Positions 17,710 to 26,727 of a stretch of DNA of 64,000 bases are shown one piece after another. The stretch covers positions 15,279 through 79,278 of IMG/VR virus record IMGVR_UViG_3300031965_000009. One strand, given 5' to 3'. Within the stretch, counting starts at the first letter, position 1. Every line of letters starts with the position of its first letter. Source of the DNA: a virus. Its lineage: Duplodnaviria; Caudoviricetes. Below the pieces are notes generated by a model. It was not told the origin of the DNA and made no database searches. It saw only the letters and a list, made by a program, of their open reading frames with translations. A program made the position numbers and the translations under genes.

Positions 17710-18135
17710 TCATGCGTGCTTGTTCATGCTCATGTCGAGCATTTTTGTTGTTGAATACACGCCGCTGGTGGAGGATGGCATTCGCCGGACTACATTGTCA
17801 TCAAGGATCGCAATGATAGCTTCGTCGAATTCTGTGTGTTGGTCGTACCCCAAGACATAAAGGTCAAGGGCAGAATTGGCTATTTGCATTACATCATCGT
17901 CCCCGCACAGGAGAATAACCTCTGACACCGAGGGAACAAGTAACAAGTTTCTAGCCCTCGTCTCCTGGTTATAATATGGCCGCCTGCCCTTATTGTTCTC
18001 GACTGTAGCGTCTGACACAACAAACACAACCAATTCTTCTCCAAGAGAAGAACAGAACTCCAGCATGGAAATATGTCCTGGATGAAGGATGTAGTCGTAT
18101 GTTCCACATGTCCCAACTCTTTTTATTTTATTCAT
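17710..18135 (-). CDS. cytidylyltransferase-like nucleotidyltransferase (TagD/RibL-like)
   Basis: GTYDYILHPGH (HxGH motif), VSD...NKGRRPYYNQETR, LGYDQ. Confidence 0.85.
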   Translation of the reverse strand: MNKIKRVGTCGTYDYILHPGHISMLEFCSSLGEELVVFVVSDATVENNKGRRPYYNQETRARNLLLVPSVSEVILLCGDDDVMQIANSALDLYVLGYDQHTEFDEAIIAILDDNVVRRMPSSTSGVYSTTKMLDMSMNKHA

Positions 18136-18139
18136 ATCT

Positions 18140-18346
18140 TCATGCTCCTAGCTCCTTCCATGTTATAAAGTACTTGTCATGCTTTTCGTCTGTAAGCTCA
18201 ATGCCATGCTCTTGAACGCTTACACTAACCATGCCTTGCCCCTCCCATGTTGCATGGCTCATGCACCATGCAAAGAGCATGTTTGTCATCTCCTCCCACT
18301 TCAGCCATTCCTCTGGTTTGAAGCTATCTTTTGTTATCATTATCAC
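18140..18346 (-). CDS. hypothetical protein
   Basis: Coupled ORF with GAGGTG SD. Confidence 0.5.
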   Translation of the reverse strand: MIMITKDSFKPEEWLKWEEMTNMLFAWCMSHATWEGQGMVSVSVQEHGIELTDEKHDKYFITWKELGA

Positions 18347-18795
18347 CTCTCGGAACTAGAACTCATAACAAAGAGTTCGTCATGTATTTCCTTGTTGCTT
18401 TTCTTCCATTTGTTAGACCGGAGCTTGTCCAGGTACCTGCGATTGCCAATAAGTGCTGACGCCAAACCATTTCTAATCGAAGATTCGCTTGGTTCGTACC
18501 AGCCGTCTATGGCAAAGTATCTGCCGTACCTGGCGCTGTATGCATCATTGATTGTGCTCTTTACCCAGTAGTCTGTCCAGGCATGCTCAACGTTCTTGTA
18601 CACATACCACATGGTTCTGTCGTCTACGGTGGCGATGTATTCCATGATAAACTTCATGTCTCCATGCCCAAAGTCTTCCGGCCATGCTTCAACCGGCCAT
18701 GAACGCAAGGCCCATGGTTCTGCCTTGCGTTTTAATGACAGGAGGACATGATACCCATGCGGTAGTTTTATGTCTGTCTCTAGGTTTACTATCAT
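18343..18795 (-). CDS. hypothetical protein
   Basis: Start moved to ATG 18795 (ATGA overlap). Confidence 0.55.
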   Translation of the reverse strand: MIVNLETDIKLPHGYHVLLSLKRKAEPWALRSWPVEAWPEDFGHGDMKFIMEYIATVDDRTMWYVYKNVEHAWTDYWVKSTINDAYSARYGRYFAIDGWYEPSESSIRNGLASALIGNRRYLDKLRSNKWKKSNKEIHDELFVMSSSSER

Positions 18796-19064
18796 GCTAC
18801 CACCCATGCCGGCATGTCTCCATGCTCCCATTCTCTAGCCCTGTCTACAACGTAATCAGGCGCAGGATCATGCGGGTCTATCTCGCAGATAGCATTGAAT
18901 TCAGCTTCTTTCATCCAGTCTTCCCCATACAAGTCCCTGCACAGTGCCTGCCCCCAATCCCATGACTTACCATTGATGTCATGCACCGTACCGCCATGCG
19001 CCCTACTCATCCTTGATACCCATTCTATCAGGTACGCCCATGTGTCATGTAAGTTGTTATTCAT
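18792..19064 (-). CDS. hypothetical protein
   Basis: GGAGTG SD. Confidence 0.55.
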   Translation of the reverse strand: MNNNLHDTWAYLIEWVSRMSRAHGGTVHDINGKSWDWGQALCRDLYGEDWMKEAEFNAICEIDPHDPAPDYVVDRAREWEHGDMPAWVVA

Positions 19065-19070
19065 TTGTCT

Positions 19071-19277
19071 TCACTCCAGGTCACTCATTGGGTTCCAGTC
19101 AAATATAGCTCTCGTAAGCTCTTCTATCCTGGCGCGTTCAGAGGCAGTATACTGTCCATTACCCTTATCATTAAAATAGCAGCGGGCTGCATCTGCCATG
19201 TCTGCAAGCGACTTAAATTCGCTACCAGACAGACTTATTGTAATTTCCATTGCTGGTGCGGTTATCTTCATTATCAT
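19071..19277 (-). CDS. hypothetical protein
   Basis: AAGGAGAATG start region. Confidence 0.55.
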   Translation of the reverse strand: MIMKITAPAMEITISLSGSEFKSLADMADAARCYFNDKGNGQYTASERARIEELTRAIFDWNPMSDLE

Positions 19278-19291
19278 TCTCCTTCATGCTT

Positions 19292-19519
19292 TCATATCCT
19301 ACTGTTTATCCATGGCCATACATCTTTGCCGTACACAGCTTCAATCACTGCATCGAACAAGTAATGTTCAATATTTTGACGGTCAAGACCAGACCATGGG
19401 TGATCGGCATCGGCGATAGAGGCTTCTGCAATACCCATGACGCCGCTCCAGTCTATCTCTTCTAGCTTTTCTGGTTTCGCTACATGCTCTGGTTGCGCAT
19501 GTTCAATATTATTACTCAT
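19292..19519 (-). CDS. hypothetical protein
   Basis: AGGAGAATGAAAC-ATG start. Confidence 0.6.
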   Translation of the reverse strand: MSNNIEHAQPEHVAKPEKLEEIDWSGVMGIAEASIADADHPWSGLDRQNIEHYLFDAVIEAVYGKDVWPWINSRI

Positions 19520-19541
19520 GTTTCATTCTCCTCTAGTGTTC

Positions 19542-19718
19542 TCATAACCACCTTTTTAGAAACTCCAAGCCGCCCTCGTATCTGGCATACCTGTCTATCC
19601 ACGATATGATAAAGGCAAGCATTTCGACATCGCCAAGTTCAATTAGCTTCTCGGCAAGAGTATCGTAATCTTTGCTCTCGACAAGGAGCATGAGTTCAAT
19701 CTTTGTTATTTCAGGCAT
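19542..19718 (-). CDS. hypothetical protein
   Basis: Start moved to ATG 19718 behind GGGGAGG. Confidence 0.45.
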   Translation of the reverse strand: MPEITKIELMLLVESKDYDTLAEKLIELGDVEMLAFIISWIDRYARYEGGLEFLKRWL

Positions 19719-19874
19719 GTCATGCCTTGCCTCCCCAGCCCTTGCCCCGGTAAATGACCGCTGGCTTGCTGATAAGCTTCTTGCTTTCCTGCTTGCACTT
19801 AGGGCATGATGGCAAAGGCGAGACATGCTCATGCTCGAATACATGCCCGCATGACATGCACCTGTAATCGTATT

Positions 19875-20117
19875 TCATTCTTCACCCTCCTCAAATTCAC
19901 TCAGGTGGCAAAGTACCACCCCACCTTCTTCTCTATCTGACGCGCCGCAGGCTGCATGGAATCCGAAACGAACCATGCCATTTTCCAGGTTCTTCCAGCC
20001 ACCGACCTCGATGTAGTCTGGCGATGGTAGCGTTGATTTCTTTGCAGCAAGGCTAACCATTCTTTTGTGCACGTTTTTCCAATGCTCTATGCATATTCTT
20101 GCCTCTTCTTGATTCAT
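19875..20117 (-). CDS. hypothetical protein
   Basis: AAAGGAGAATGAAGA-ATG start. Confidence 0.6.
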   Translation of the reverse strand: MNQEEARICIEHWKNVHKRMVSLAAKKSTLPSPDYIEVGGWKNLENGMVRFGFHAACGASDREEGGVVLCHLSEFEEGEE

Positions 20118-20133
20118 TCTTCATTCTCCTTTG

Positions 20134-20427
20134 TTAATCGCGTTGCGGGTCATGGATCAGTTCTCTGTACCTCGCCACCGCCTCCGATATTTTCATTGAT
20201 TCATCGCCATTGGATAGTCCGTCGCTACCATAACTCCAACCCTCCGAGACGAAGTAATTTAGTATCAACCCGATCTCTACGGTTCTTACCTCTTCCTCGA
20301 TCTGGTTCCACTCGTGCCACGGTGGAGACCAGAGCTTATACTCGTTCCCATCAACCGTAACAATAAACTCGCTCCCGGCAACACTAAATACATTTCCAGT
20401 CCTTTGTATATTTACTGACGTGCTCAT
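20134..20427 (-). CDS. hypothetical protein
   Basis: AAGGAGAATGAAAC-ATG start. Confidence 0.6.
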   Translation of the reverse strand: MSTSVNIQRTGNVFSVAGSEFIVTVDGNEYKLWSPPWHEWNQIEEEVRTVEIGLILNYFVSEGWSYGSDGLSNGDESMKISEAVARYRELIHDPQRD

Positions 20428-20430
20428 GTT

Positions 20431-21003
20431 TCATTCTCCTTGTAATGGCGAGTAAGCATACCCGCCATTCCGTAGTTCAAAGTGCAGGTGACTATACCCC
20501 ACACTAACATTACCTGTCTCCCCCACTTTACCTACCATGCTCCCCTGCCCAACGCTCTGGCCGCATGCAACATGCACTTCGGACAGGTGAAACAACAACG
20601 AGTACCACCCGCCCCCATGTGCTATGGCTACCGTCTCCCCGAACCCCCATGTTGACCACCCGGCCCATATTACCACGCCGCTTGCTGGTGCAAGAACAGC
20701 ACTACCTGTAGGGGCGATGATGTCCACGCCGGTATGCTTGACAGAGAATGGTCGGCGCTCGTTTACCACCCCGCCTGGCACAGGGAAGAGCAGCCCTGGC
20801 CTTGCCCCACTCCCCTGGGGCATGCCATAGCCTGGACAAACCCCCTCGTCATCTTCTGTCAGCCCAACCCATGGCTGGCCAATGCCCCAATAACCCTGTT
20901 CCTGTACCTGGGTATATGTTACAACCTGTACAGGTTCAGGAACATGAACAGGCGCATAGCATGGGAAGAGCGTGAACAGGGAGCACATGATGTATAGTAT
21001 CAC
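20431..21003 (-). CDS. M23-family metallopeptidase with N-terminal hydrophobic segment
   Basis: HTGVD (HxxxD), SLLFHL, GETGN, HLHFE (HxH). Confidence 0.9.
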   Translation of the reverse strand: MILYIMCSLFTLFPCYAPVHVPEPVQVVTYTQVQEQGYWGIGQPWVGLTEDDEGVCPGYGMPQGSGARPGLLFPVPGGVVNERRPFSVKHTGVDIIAPTGSAVLAPASGVVIWAGWSTWGFGETVAIAHGGGWYSLLFHLSEVHVACGQSVGQGSMVGKVGETGNVSVGYSHLHFELRNGGYAYSPLQGE

Positions 21004-21200
21004 CGTGCCTCCATAGCCTGTCTCGCCAACCTAACACCATCTTCCATACTATTGGCCTCGCCATCACAGAACCACGTATCCCCATCTGTGGCATACCAGT
21101 AAAAGTTATTTCCAGGCGAGACTATAGAGCTACGCAAGGGCGAAACACAGGCCACAACCTTGCCACCGTCATTTTCTTCTACCAATGTTATTTTATTCAT
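21000..21200 (-). CDS. hypothetical protein
   Basis: GGGAGG SD. Confidence 0.5.
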   Translation of the reverse strand: MNKITLVEENDGGKVVACVSPLRSSIVSPGNNFYWYATDGDTWFCDGEANSMEDGVRLARQAMEAR

Positions 21201-21288
21201 TCTCTTTCATTCCTCCCAGCCAGGTATCCTAGCGCAAAGACACTACCGAATGTAAGCAGGATTACCACAGCCGCTACTATCTGTTCTA

Positions 21289-21510
21289 TCATTGCTTAAC
21301 CTCCATAAGGCATGGTCTTTGTTCTCTGGCCATTCTTCTGATGTCTTCACCAATATGTGAAGCAAATATGTCATCCCATCTCCTCATGCTATCATATATC
21401 TCATAGGCGCTGCTGAAAGCATCGGCGCATGCCTGCATGGTGATACCAAATCCATTGATAACTCTTACGGCCTCTGTTGCCATTCTCGTTAGCTTATCAA
21501 GATCGTCCAT
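21289..21510 (-). CDS. hypothetical protein
   Basis: AAGGTG SD. Confidence 0.5.
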   Translation of the reverse strand: MDDLDKLTRMATEAVRVINGFGITMQACADAFSSAYEIYDSMRRWDDIFASHIGEDIRRMAREQRPCLMEVKQ

Positions 21511-21518
21511 GTTTCACC

Positions 21519-21851
21519 TTACTGCGTGCTTGGCACGATCTGCCAGTTGATAACATACACCCCGCTTCCTGGTTCAGGCAGCGATATGCCAACGGCCCCG
21601 AAGTCATCACCAAGCACCTGCGCCGTGGCATTCTCGCCCGGAGATAGGGAGCCTGTGGCCGAAGCAACGATTATGGCCTCCCCGGTGCAGACGGGTATGA
21701 ACTCAATGCCTGCCCTGCCCCATGTATCATTGTCCAACGGTATCTCCGCTTTTCCGGCCTGCACTGCGTTCGTGCACATGGTTCTTGCCTGCGCCTGCCC
21801 AGACATGGCAAGCAGCAATGGTAGTAACAGTAATATCATTTTCTTATTCAT
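21519..21851 (-). CDS. secreted hypothetical protein
   Basis: MNKKMILLLLPLLLAMSGQAQA: classic signal peptide with AxA cleavage site. Confidence 0.65.
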   Translation of the reverse strand: MNKKMILLLLPLLLAMSGQAQARTMCTNAVQAGKAEIPLDNDTWGRAGIEFIPVCTGEAIIVASATGSLSPGENATAQVLGDDFGAVGISLPEPGSGVYVINWQIVPSTQ

Positions 21852-22053
21852 CTAGTAACTCCTTTGCTCTAATGTAAATACAATCATGTTCATGATTAAC
21901 ATTGTTCCTTCGTGACATAGAACGACAGAAGAAACACATATAATCAACTACAGTATAATTAACTACAGGATCACCATCATCGGCGAACCACTCCTCCCAC
22001 AATTCAAGCGCCCGTTCAGCACGCCTGATATTCATTGGGCTTTTTATTTTCAT
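21844..22053 (-). CDS. hypothetical protein
   Basis: Operon context; CFFC...HEHDC motif. Confidence 0.5.
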   Translation of the reverse strand: MKIKSPMNIRRAERALELWEEWFADDGDPVVNYTVVDYMCFFCRSMSRRNNVNHEHDCIYIRAKELLDE

Positions 22054-22426
22054 CGTTCATAATCCTCTCTACTAATTCATACTTTGTTAATTTGTGCAGC
22101 CTTGAAAACCTGTTCACGTAATCACGCCTGACCCACCACTTGCCATGCTGCTTGATACCAGGCAAGCGGCCGTCAAAGCACATCTTGCCAACGGTGCGGG
22201 CCGCTAACCCAAGCCTGTCAGATGCTGCATTTATATCAAAATACAGCGTGCTGTCAAATACTGGCTTTTCTGCTTCCTCTACCGGCAAGGGGGCAAGGTT
22301 CAATGCCCGCCTGACGACAGGGACGGCATGTCCCGGAACACCATATTTCTTCCAGTTCATGACCGTGGTGTACGGCTTTTCCAGCTTCTTGCTCAGGTAG
22401 TTCACCTGCCATGATTCAAGTCTCAT
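22016..22426 (-). CDS. two-HTH DNA-binding protein (C-terminal excisionase/MerR-like HTH)
   Basis: YFDINAASDRLGLAARTVGKMCFDGRLPGIKQHGKWWV; start moved to ATG 22426 behind GGAGA. Confidence 0.7.
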   Translation of the reverse strand: MRLESWQVNYLSKKLEKPYTTVMNWKKYGVPGHAVPVVRRALNLAPLPVEEAEKPVFDSTLYFDINAASDRLGLAARTVGKMCFDGRLPGIKQHGKWWVRRDYVNRFSRLHKLTKYELVERIMNDENKKPNEYQAC

Positions 22427-22427
22427 G

Positions 22428-22646
22428 TTATCTTTTCTCCATGGGGCATGGTTTCTCTTCCACGAACCCGTCATTCCATCTCGGCCCCGGCTGATACCCC
22501 CAGATGTACCTTCCACCATCTGCCCACCAATCGCCTGTTTCATGATACGATATATAGTATTCGTTCAGACTCCTTGCCAACATACTACGAAAGTCCTCAG
22601 TCTTGACACCAACCCTTACTGTAATAAGTGTTTTATCGGACTTCAT
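22428..22646 (-). CDS. hypothetical protein
   Basis: GGAGGTG SD. Confidence 0.55.
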   Translation of the reverse strand: MKSDKTLITVRVGVKTEDFRSMLARSLNEYYISYHETGDWWADGGRYIWGYQPGPRWNDGFVEEKPCPMEKR

Positions 22647-22944
22647 TCTTCACCTCCATCATACACCTATAATCTATGAACTCAAGCTTACTTCCAAACA
22701 CAAAGTTAGCCCTAGTTTCATCTAGCATGATATGCTCTACTGGTACAGATAGGTCTTGCTTGTCAAATACAACGATGTAGTCATGTGCATCACTGTTTTG
22801 TTTTGGATTATGGTACATTGAACGTCTTGCTACAGCCCAACATATCTGCCCGGCCTTCACCCCGCTAGGGTCATTACTAACAACCCTCACCTTCTGTACT
22901 TCAATGGCCCCAAACCCCCTGTAGTCATGTATTGCGTTCGGCAT
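22633..22944 (-). CDS. hypothetical protein, paralog of 22925..23257
   Basis: Collinear shared motifs (IHDY, VRV, DY.VF.K, LEFI, CMMEVKN). Confidence 0.65.
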   Translation of the reverse strand: MPNAIHDYRGFGAIEVQKVRVVSNDPSGVKAGQICWAVARRSMYHNPKQNSDAHDYIVVFDKQDLSVPVEHIMLDETRANFVFGSKLEFIDYRCMMEVKNEVR

Positions 22945-23257
22945 TCTTAACCTCCATCATGCATTCTTCTGGTATAAACTCCAGGTGTCTTTCGTATACA
23001 TACCCGGCCCTACCAATCCTCATTAATTCATGCAAGGGCAAAGATAGGGCATCCTTTTTGAAAACCATTACGTAATCAACCTCGAGCCGCATCGCTTCGG
23101 TCCTGTCCCTCCCCCTTATCGACTCTATAGCCTTGTGGTTACTCGATACTACCCACCCCATCTTCCCGGCCCCTAGACCCGGCTGCCCGACTGTCACCCT
23201 TACCATTCTTGGCTTGTCTAATGCCTTGTACGAATAGTAGTCATGTATGTTGCTCAT
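22925..23257 (-). CDS. hypothetical protein, paralog of 22633..22944
   Basis: Start moved to ATG 23257 (overlaps the dnaB stop; AAGGAG SD). Confidence 0.65.
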   Translation of the reverse strand: MSNIHDYYSYKALDKPRMVRVTVGQPGLGAGKMGWVVSSNHKAIESIRGRDRTEAMRLEVDYVMVFKKDALSLPLHELMRIGRAGYVYERHLEFIPEECMMEVKNAERNT

Positions 23258-24564
23258 TGTACAATACTCCTTGTTATATTCATGAAGCTTGCCGCCCGTG
23301 GGTTCCAAACAAGCTCAACCGTCCCCACTGAACCATCCCGGTTCTTGGCGACAATGTTTTCCGCCAACTGCTTTCTGCTACTTCCCATGGGGTCATAGTA
23401 ATCATCCCTGTACAGGAATGTAACAGAGTAAGCATCTTGTTCAATGGCTCCTGACCCACGCAGGTCAGCAAGTGTAGGCCGCTTGTCACTCCTGCTTTCC
23501 AGTGACCTGTTTAATTGCGCCGCAAGAATGGACGTTACATCGGCCTCCTTGCTTATCTGTGTCAATCTCTTTGTTATCTTGGCGATGTCGTAGACATCAT
23601 TACCACTGCCCTTGTCAGGCTCCATGAGGTGCAGGTGATCATAGATGATCAGGTCTAATCCATGCACCGCCTTTATCCTGGCTACCTTGGCTCTGGCCTG
23701 TGACGGCGTTAGCCCCCCAGTCTCGTCAAGGAAAAGAGACGAGCTATTAATCTTGTCAACGACAGCATGCACCTTATACATGGCGGCATCACTTAGCTTG
23801 CCGCCCCGCAGCAAGTGCATGTCTATGCCTGTCTCGTGAGCCACAAGCCGCTGGGCCATCTGCTTGGCAGTCATCTCAAGGCTGAAAAACAGCACCCGCT
23901 TGTGCTCGATGAACAGGTTGTGGGCAATCACGCCTGTCAGCCAGGCCGACTTGCCCATGGCCGGCCGAGCGGCAAGGACATGCAGGAACGGGGACGCAAG
24001 TCCACCACCCATGAAGTTGTCATACTCGCTATACCCAGTCCTTGAACCAACCAGTTCACCTTGATCAAAGTAATCAAGGTATTCACTTGCCACCGCCTTA
24101 CCGGTCTTGACATCGCTGTTCACCCTGGTTGTAGAAAGGTCTAGGATAGCGCTTTCGCTTGCGGCTATCTGCTCTTCTAAGTCCCCCCCCTCGTCATAAG
24201 CCAGATTGGCCGTCATGTTGGCCAGGGCAAGTAGCTTCCTTCTGCCGGAGGCATCCTTGATTATCCTGGCATAGTCTTTGGCATTCCATGATGTTGGAGA
24301 AGCGTTAATCAGACCAAGCAAATACCCTTCCCCACCCATGTCTTCTAGCCTTCCACGTTTCCTTAAGTCATCCGTGACAGTGATAAGGTCTACACTCTTG
24401 TTATTATTGTCAAGACTAACAAGCGATTCATATACCCAGGCATTTACCTCCCGGTAAAAGTCTGTAGCCTCAATCTGTACATGCTTGATGGCATCAGGGT
24501 CAATGAGCAATGCCCCCAATAATGCCTCTTCTGCTTCTATGTTATTTGGTGGGCTTTCGTTCAC
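23254..24564 (-). CDS. dnaB: replicative DNA helicase DnaB
   Basis: NIEAEEALLGALL N-domain, Walker A ARPAMGKS, FSLEM, IIYDHLHLM, QLNRSLESRSDKRPTLADLRGSGAIEQDA, AKNRDG. Confidence 0.97.
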   Translation of the reverse strand: MNESPPNNIEAEEALLGALLIDPDAIKHVQIEATDFYREVNAWVYESLVSLDNNNKSVDLITVTDDLRKRGRLEDMGGEGYLLGLINASPTSWNAKDYARIIKDASGRRKLLALANMTANLAYDEGGDLEEQIAASESAILDLSTTRVNSDVKTGKAVASEYLDYFDQGELVGSRTGYSEYDNFMGGGLASPFLHVLAARPAMGKSAWLTGVIAHNLFIEHKRVLFFSLEMTAKQMAQRLVAHETGIDMHLLRGGKLSDAAMYKVHAVVDKINSSSLFLDETGGLTPSQARAKVARIKAVHGLDLIIYDHLHLMEPDKGSGNDVYDIAKITKRLTQISKEADVTSILAAQLNRSLESRSDKRPTLADLRGSGAIEQDAYSVTFLYRDDYYDPMGSSRKQLAENIVAKNRDGSVGTVELVWNPRAASFMNITRSIVQ

Positions 24565-24965
24565 AGTGTCACCGTATTAACCACCACCCCATTGCCCAAC
24601 ATGTTATCCATGTAGCTGAAATCGCAGGCCAGCAGGTCAACAACGGCAAACAAATGCGTTGTCCTCCCTTTACCCAACTTGGCCTTCTTGTTCTTGAAGG
24701 CAAGTATCTCTGCGTATATTTCACCAAACCCGTCCTTACCAAAGACAGTGAACTCTGCCTCCTTTATCTCTTCGTCAATGAATATATTCAGGTAGCCTGT
24801 GATGGTCTTGCCATCAGCCACGTCTGCGTCAACGATGTCTATCTCAAGTACAGGCGGCCTGTACTTAGCCTGCATGTGGCCGGAGCATGCTCCCCCCACC
24901 CTACCGTTCACTGACACCAAACTAACCTCCCCCCAACATTCTTCTGATGATCTATAGCACTTCAT
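24561..24965 (-). CDS. hypothetical protein
   Basis: Coupled to the dnaB start; AGAGGA SD. Confidence 0.55.
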   Translation of the reverse strand: MKCYRSSEECWGEVSLVSVNGRVGGACSGHMQAKYRPPVLEIDIVDADVADGKTITGYLNIFIDEEIKEAEFTVFGKDGFGEIYAEILAFKNKKAKLGKGRTTHLFAVVDLLACDFSYMDNMLGNGVVVNTVTL

Positions 24966-24980
24966 TCTCTTTTCCTCTCT

Positions 24981-25172
24981 CTAAGACAAGACATTACCAG
25001 CCGAGCATTCAAGGACTATCTCGAACGGGCAGGCATGTTTTCCATTCACCTCGAATATCTCCAGCCTGCGCATGGCAAGGTCGGCTATAGTCTCGCGGTA
25101 GACGGGGTCAATGTCGTCGATGTACACATAACTAGTATCACCTTCTTTGTACACCGGGACGTTAATCCTCAT
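24981..25172 (-). CDS. hypothetical protein
   Basis: TAATG overlap with upstream gene. Confidence 0.55.
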   Translation of the reverse strand: MRINVPVYKEGDTSYVYIDDIDPVYRETIADLAMRRLEIFEVNGKHACPFEIVLECSAGNVLS

Positions 25173-25837
25173 TAGTCACACTCCGGGCATGTAATCTCTT
25201 GATCCTCTTCGCATGTTGGCATGTTTTCCCAGGCAGACATGTAGCCGCATTCCTCGCAGATGTACATGTCGTCCCAGCCTGGGAGAATGTACTCCCCACT
25301 AAGGATATTAAAAAGCTTGACGCTGTCAATGCGACCATGATAGTCGCGGACAAGCTTCTCCCATTTTTCTTCATAGAATATTCTCCTGTGCTTACTGCAT
25401 AAGGGGATGGCTTGCGATGGGGAGATGGCGATACTGGTGTTAAAGTACAACCCAATATCGTTACTACCGCACACGCCACACCCCGTTGATATTAGGGCGT
25501 TCATTGAGTCGGGCATGAATATACATAGTTCTTGAAAGCAAGCTGTGCATATATTCCCAGCCTCCCTCTGGAACTCCCCCCACGTCTCTGGGACTACAGA
25601 GTAATCCTTTAGTAGTATGATGCCACAGACGGCACACTTGTCATTGGGGTCACTACCATCGTGACCGACAAGCCTGTATATCCGTATGTCAGCATCTCTG
25701 ATGTCAACCTGTGTCCTGTTGAACATAGAATAAAAATCGCCGTAGCTTATCCCGGTTTCCTCGATAATCTCGGCGCTTGTCAAACTGCTGTTTTTCAGTA
25801 GATCAGCCACTACGCTTCTTTGTGTGCTGGTACCCAT
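25172..25837 (-). CDS. HTH plus multi-Zn-finger hypothetical protein
   Basis: LTSAEIIEETGIS HTH-like segment; CAVC, CTAC, CGVC, CEEC, CPEC pairs. Confidence 0.6.
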   Translation of the reverse strand: MGTSTQRSVVADLLKNSSLTSAEIIEETGISYGDFYSMFNRTQVDIRDADIRIYRLVGHDGSDPNDKCAVCGIILLKDYSVVPETWGEFQREAGNICTACFQELCIFMPDSMNALISTGCGVCGSNDIGLYFNTSIAISPSQAIPLCSKHRRIFYEEKWEKLVRDYHGRIDSVKLFNILSGEYILPGWDDMYICEECGYMSAWENMPTCEEDQEITCPECD

Positions 25838-26019
25838 GTTATTCCTCGTATGGAATCGTTTGGGGGTGGAAGCTCAAAATAGAATAGAGGTAGCAGGAAA
25901 TTATCATGGCCCAGGAACTCGTACTGGCCACTGTGCTTCTTGAGTATTTCCTCTATATCTTTCGATGTCGGGGTAATCAATGCCCCGTTCAACCCACTTC
26001 GATCCAGTGTGTATATCAT
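25810..26019 (-). CDS. hypothetical protein, first gene of the leftward middle operon
   Basis: TGaTAGAAT extended -10 lies 10 nt upstream (26030-26035, minus strand). Confidence 0.45.
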   Translation of the reverse strand: MIYTLDRSGLNGALITPTSKDIEEILKKHSGQYEFLGHDNFLLPLFYFELPPPNDSIRGITWVPAHKEA

Positions 26020-26061
26020 AATACCAGCAATTCTATCACAAAATACCTAAGTTGACCTTGT

Positions 26062-26090
26062 TTTAATTAAACGTTAATGTGTGATACAAT
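26062..26090 (+). promoter_or_regulatory. late-operon promoter, probably giving a leaderless mRNA
   Basis: TTTAAT-17 bp-TACAAT with TGn extension; ATG lies 7 nt after the -10. Confidence 0.5.
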
Positions 26091-26097
26091 TGATTCT

Positions 26098-26727
26098 ATG
26101 AGGGACACAGCACCAAAGCGAAATGAGATTCAAATACTAAATGACCGCAGGCGAACTGCCCAGCTACTGCTTGAAGGGTACACCCATCAGCAAATACGTG
26201 ATGTACTCGAACAAGAGACTGGAATTACATTGTCGCGTCGTACAATTACCAATGATGTCGGGGCTATCAAGAAAGACTGGGCCGAGCAGCAAAGGGCCAG
26301 CGTCCATGCTCTTGTCAATCAAGAGATTGACAGGCTGGACTTCAGCGAAGCTGAAGCATGGCGGGCATGGCGGGCCTCATGCGGCGACGAGGTTCAGGAA
26401 ACTGTCGAGAAGATAGCCAGGTACATGAAGCAAGAGGATGGCTACGTACCCGACGAGGATGAATACGAATTAAGGGTTCAGCGCGTGACCCAAATAATCA
26501 AGAAGAGCGGTGGCGTAGGCGACCCAAGATTCTTTAATATCATCCTCGACCTACAGAAAGAAAGGCGGAAGCTGCTGGGATTGTATGCGCCAAGCAGGTT
26601 GGGCATTGATGTCACCACCAAGTCGGAAATCATTATCAAGGGCTATGCCGTCAAGGACGTGTCGCCTGACGCATGGCCGTCCCTGCCAAGCAATGACATC
26701 ATCGAGGGAGAGATAGTTGAACGGTAA
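26098..26727 (+). CDS. terminase small subunit-like HTH protein
   Basis: Immediately upstream of terL; N-terminal HTH (LLEGYTHQQIRDVL...SRRTITND); start moved to ATG 26098. Confidence 0.7.
   Translation: MRDTAPKRNEIQILNDRRRTAQLLLEGYTHQQIRDVLEQETGITLSRRTITNDVGAIKKDWAEQQRASVHALVNQEIDRLDFSEAEAWRAWRASCGDEVQETVEKIARYMKQEDGYVPDEDEYELRVQRVTQIIKKSGGVGDPRFFNIILDLQKERRKLLGLYAPSRLGIDVTTKSEIIIKGYAVKDVSPDAWPSLPSNDIIEGEIVER

Noticed and set aside
22016-22426. Excisionase implying an integration module
   Set aside because: No integrase or supported att site is in the window; this HTH type is common as a generic DNA-binding domain.
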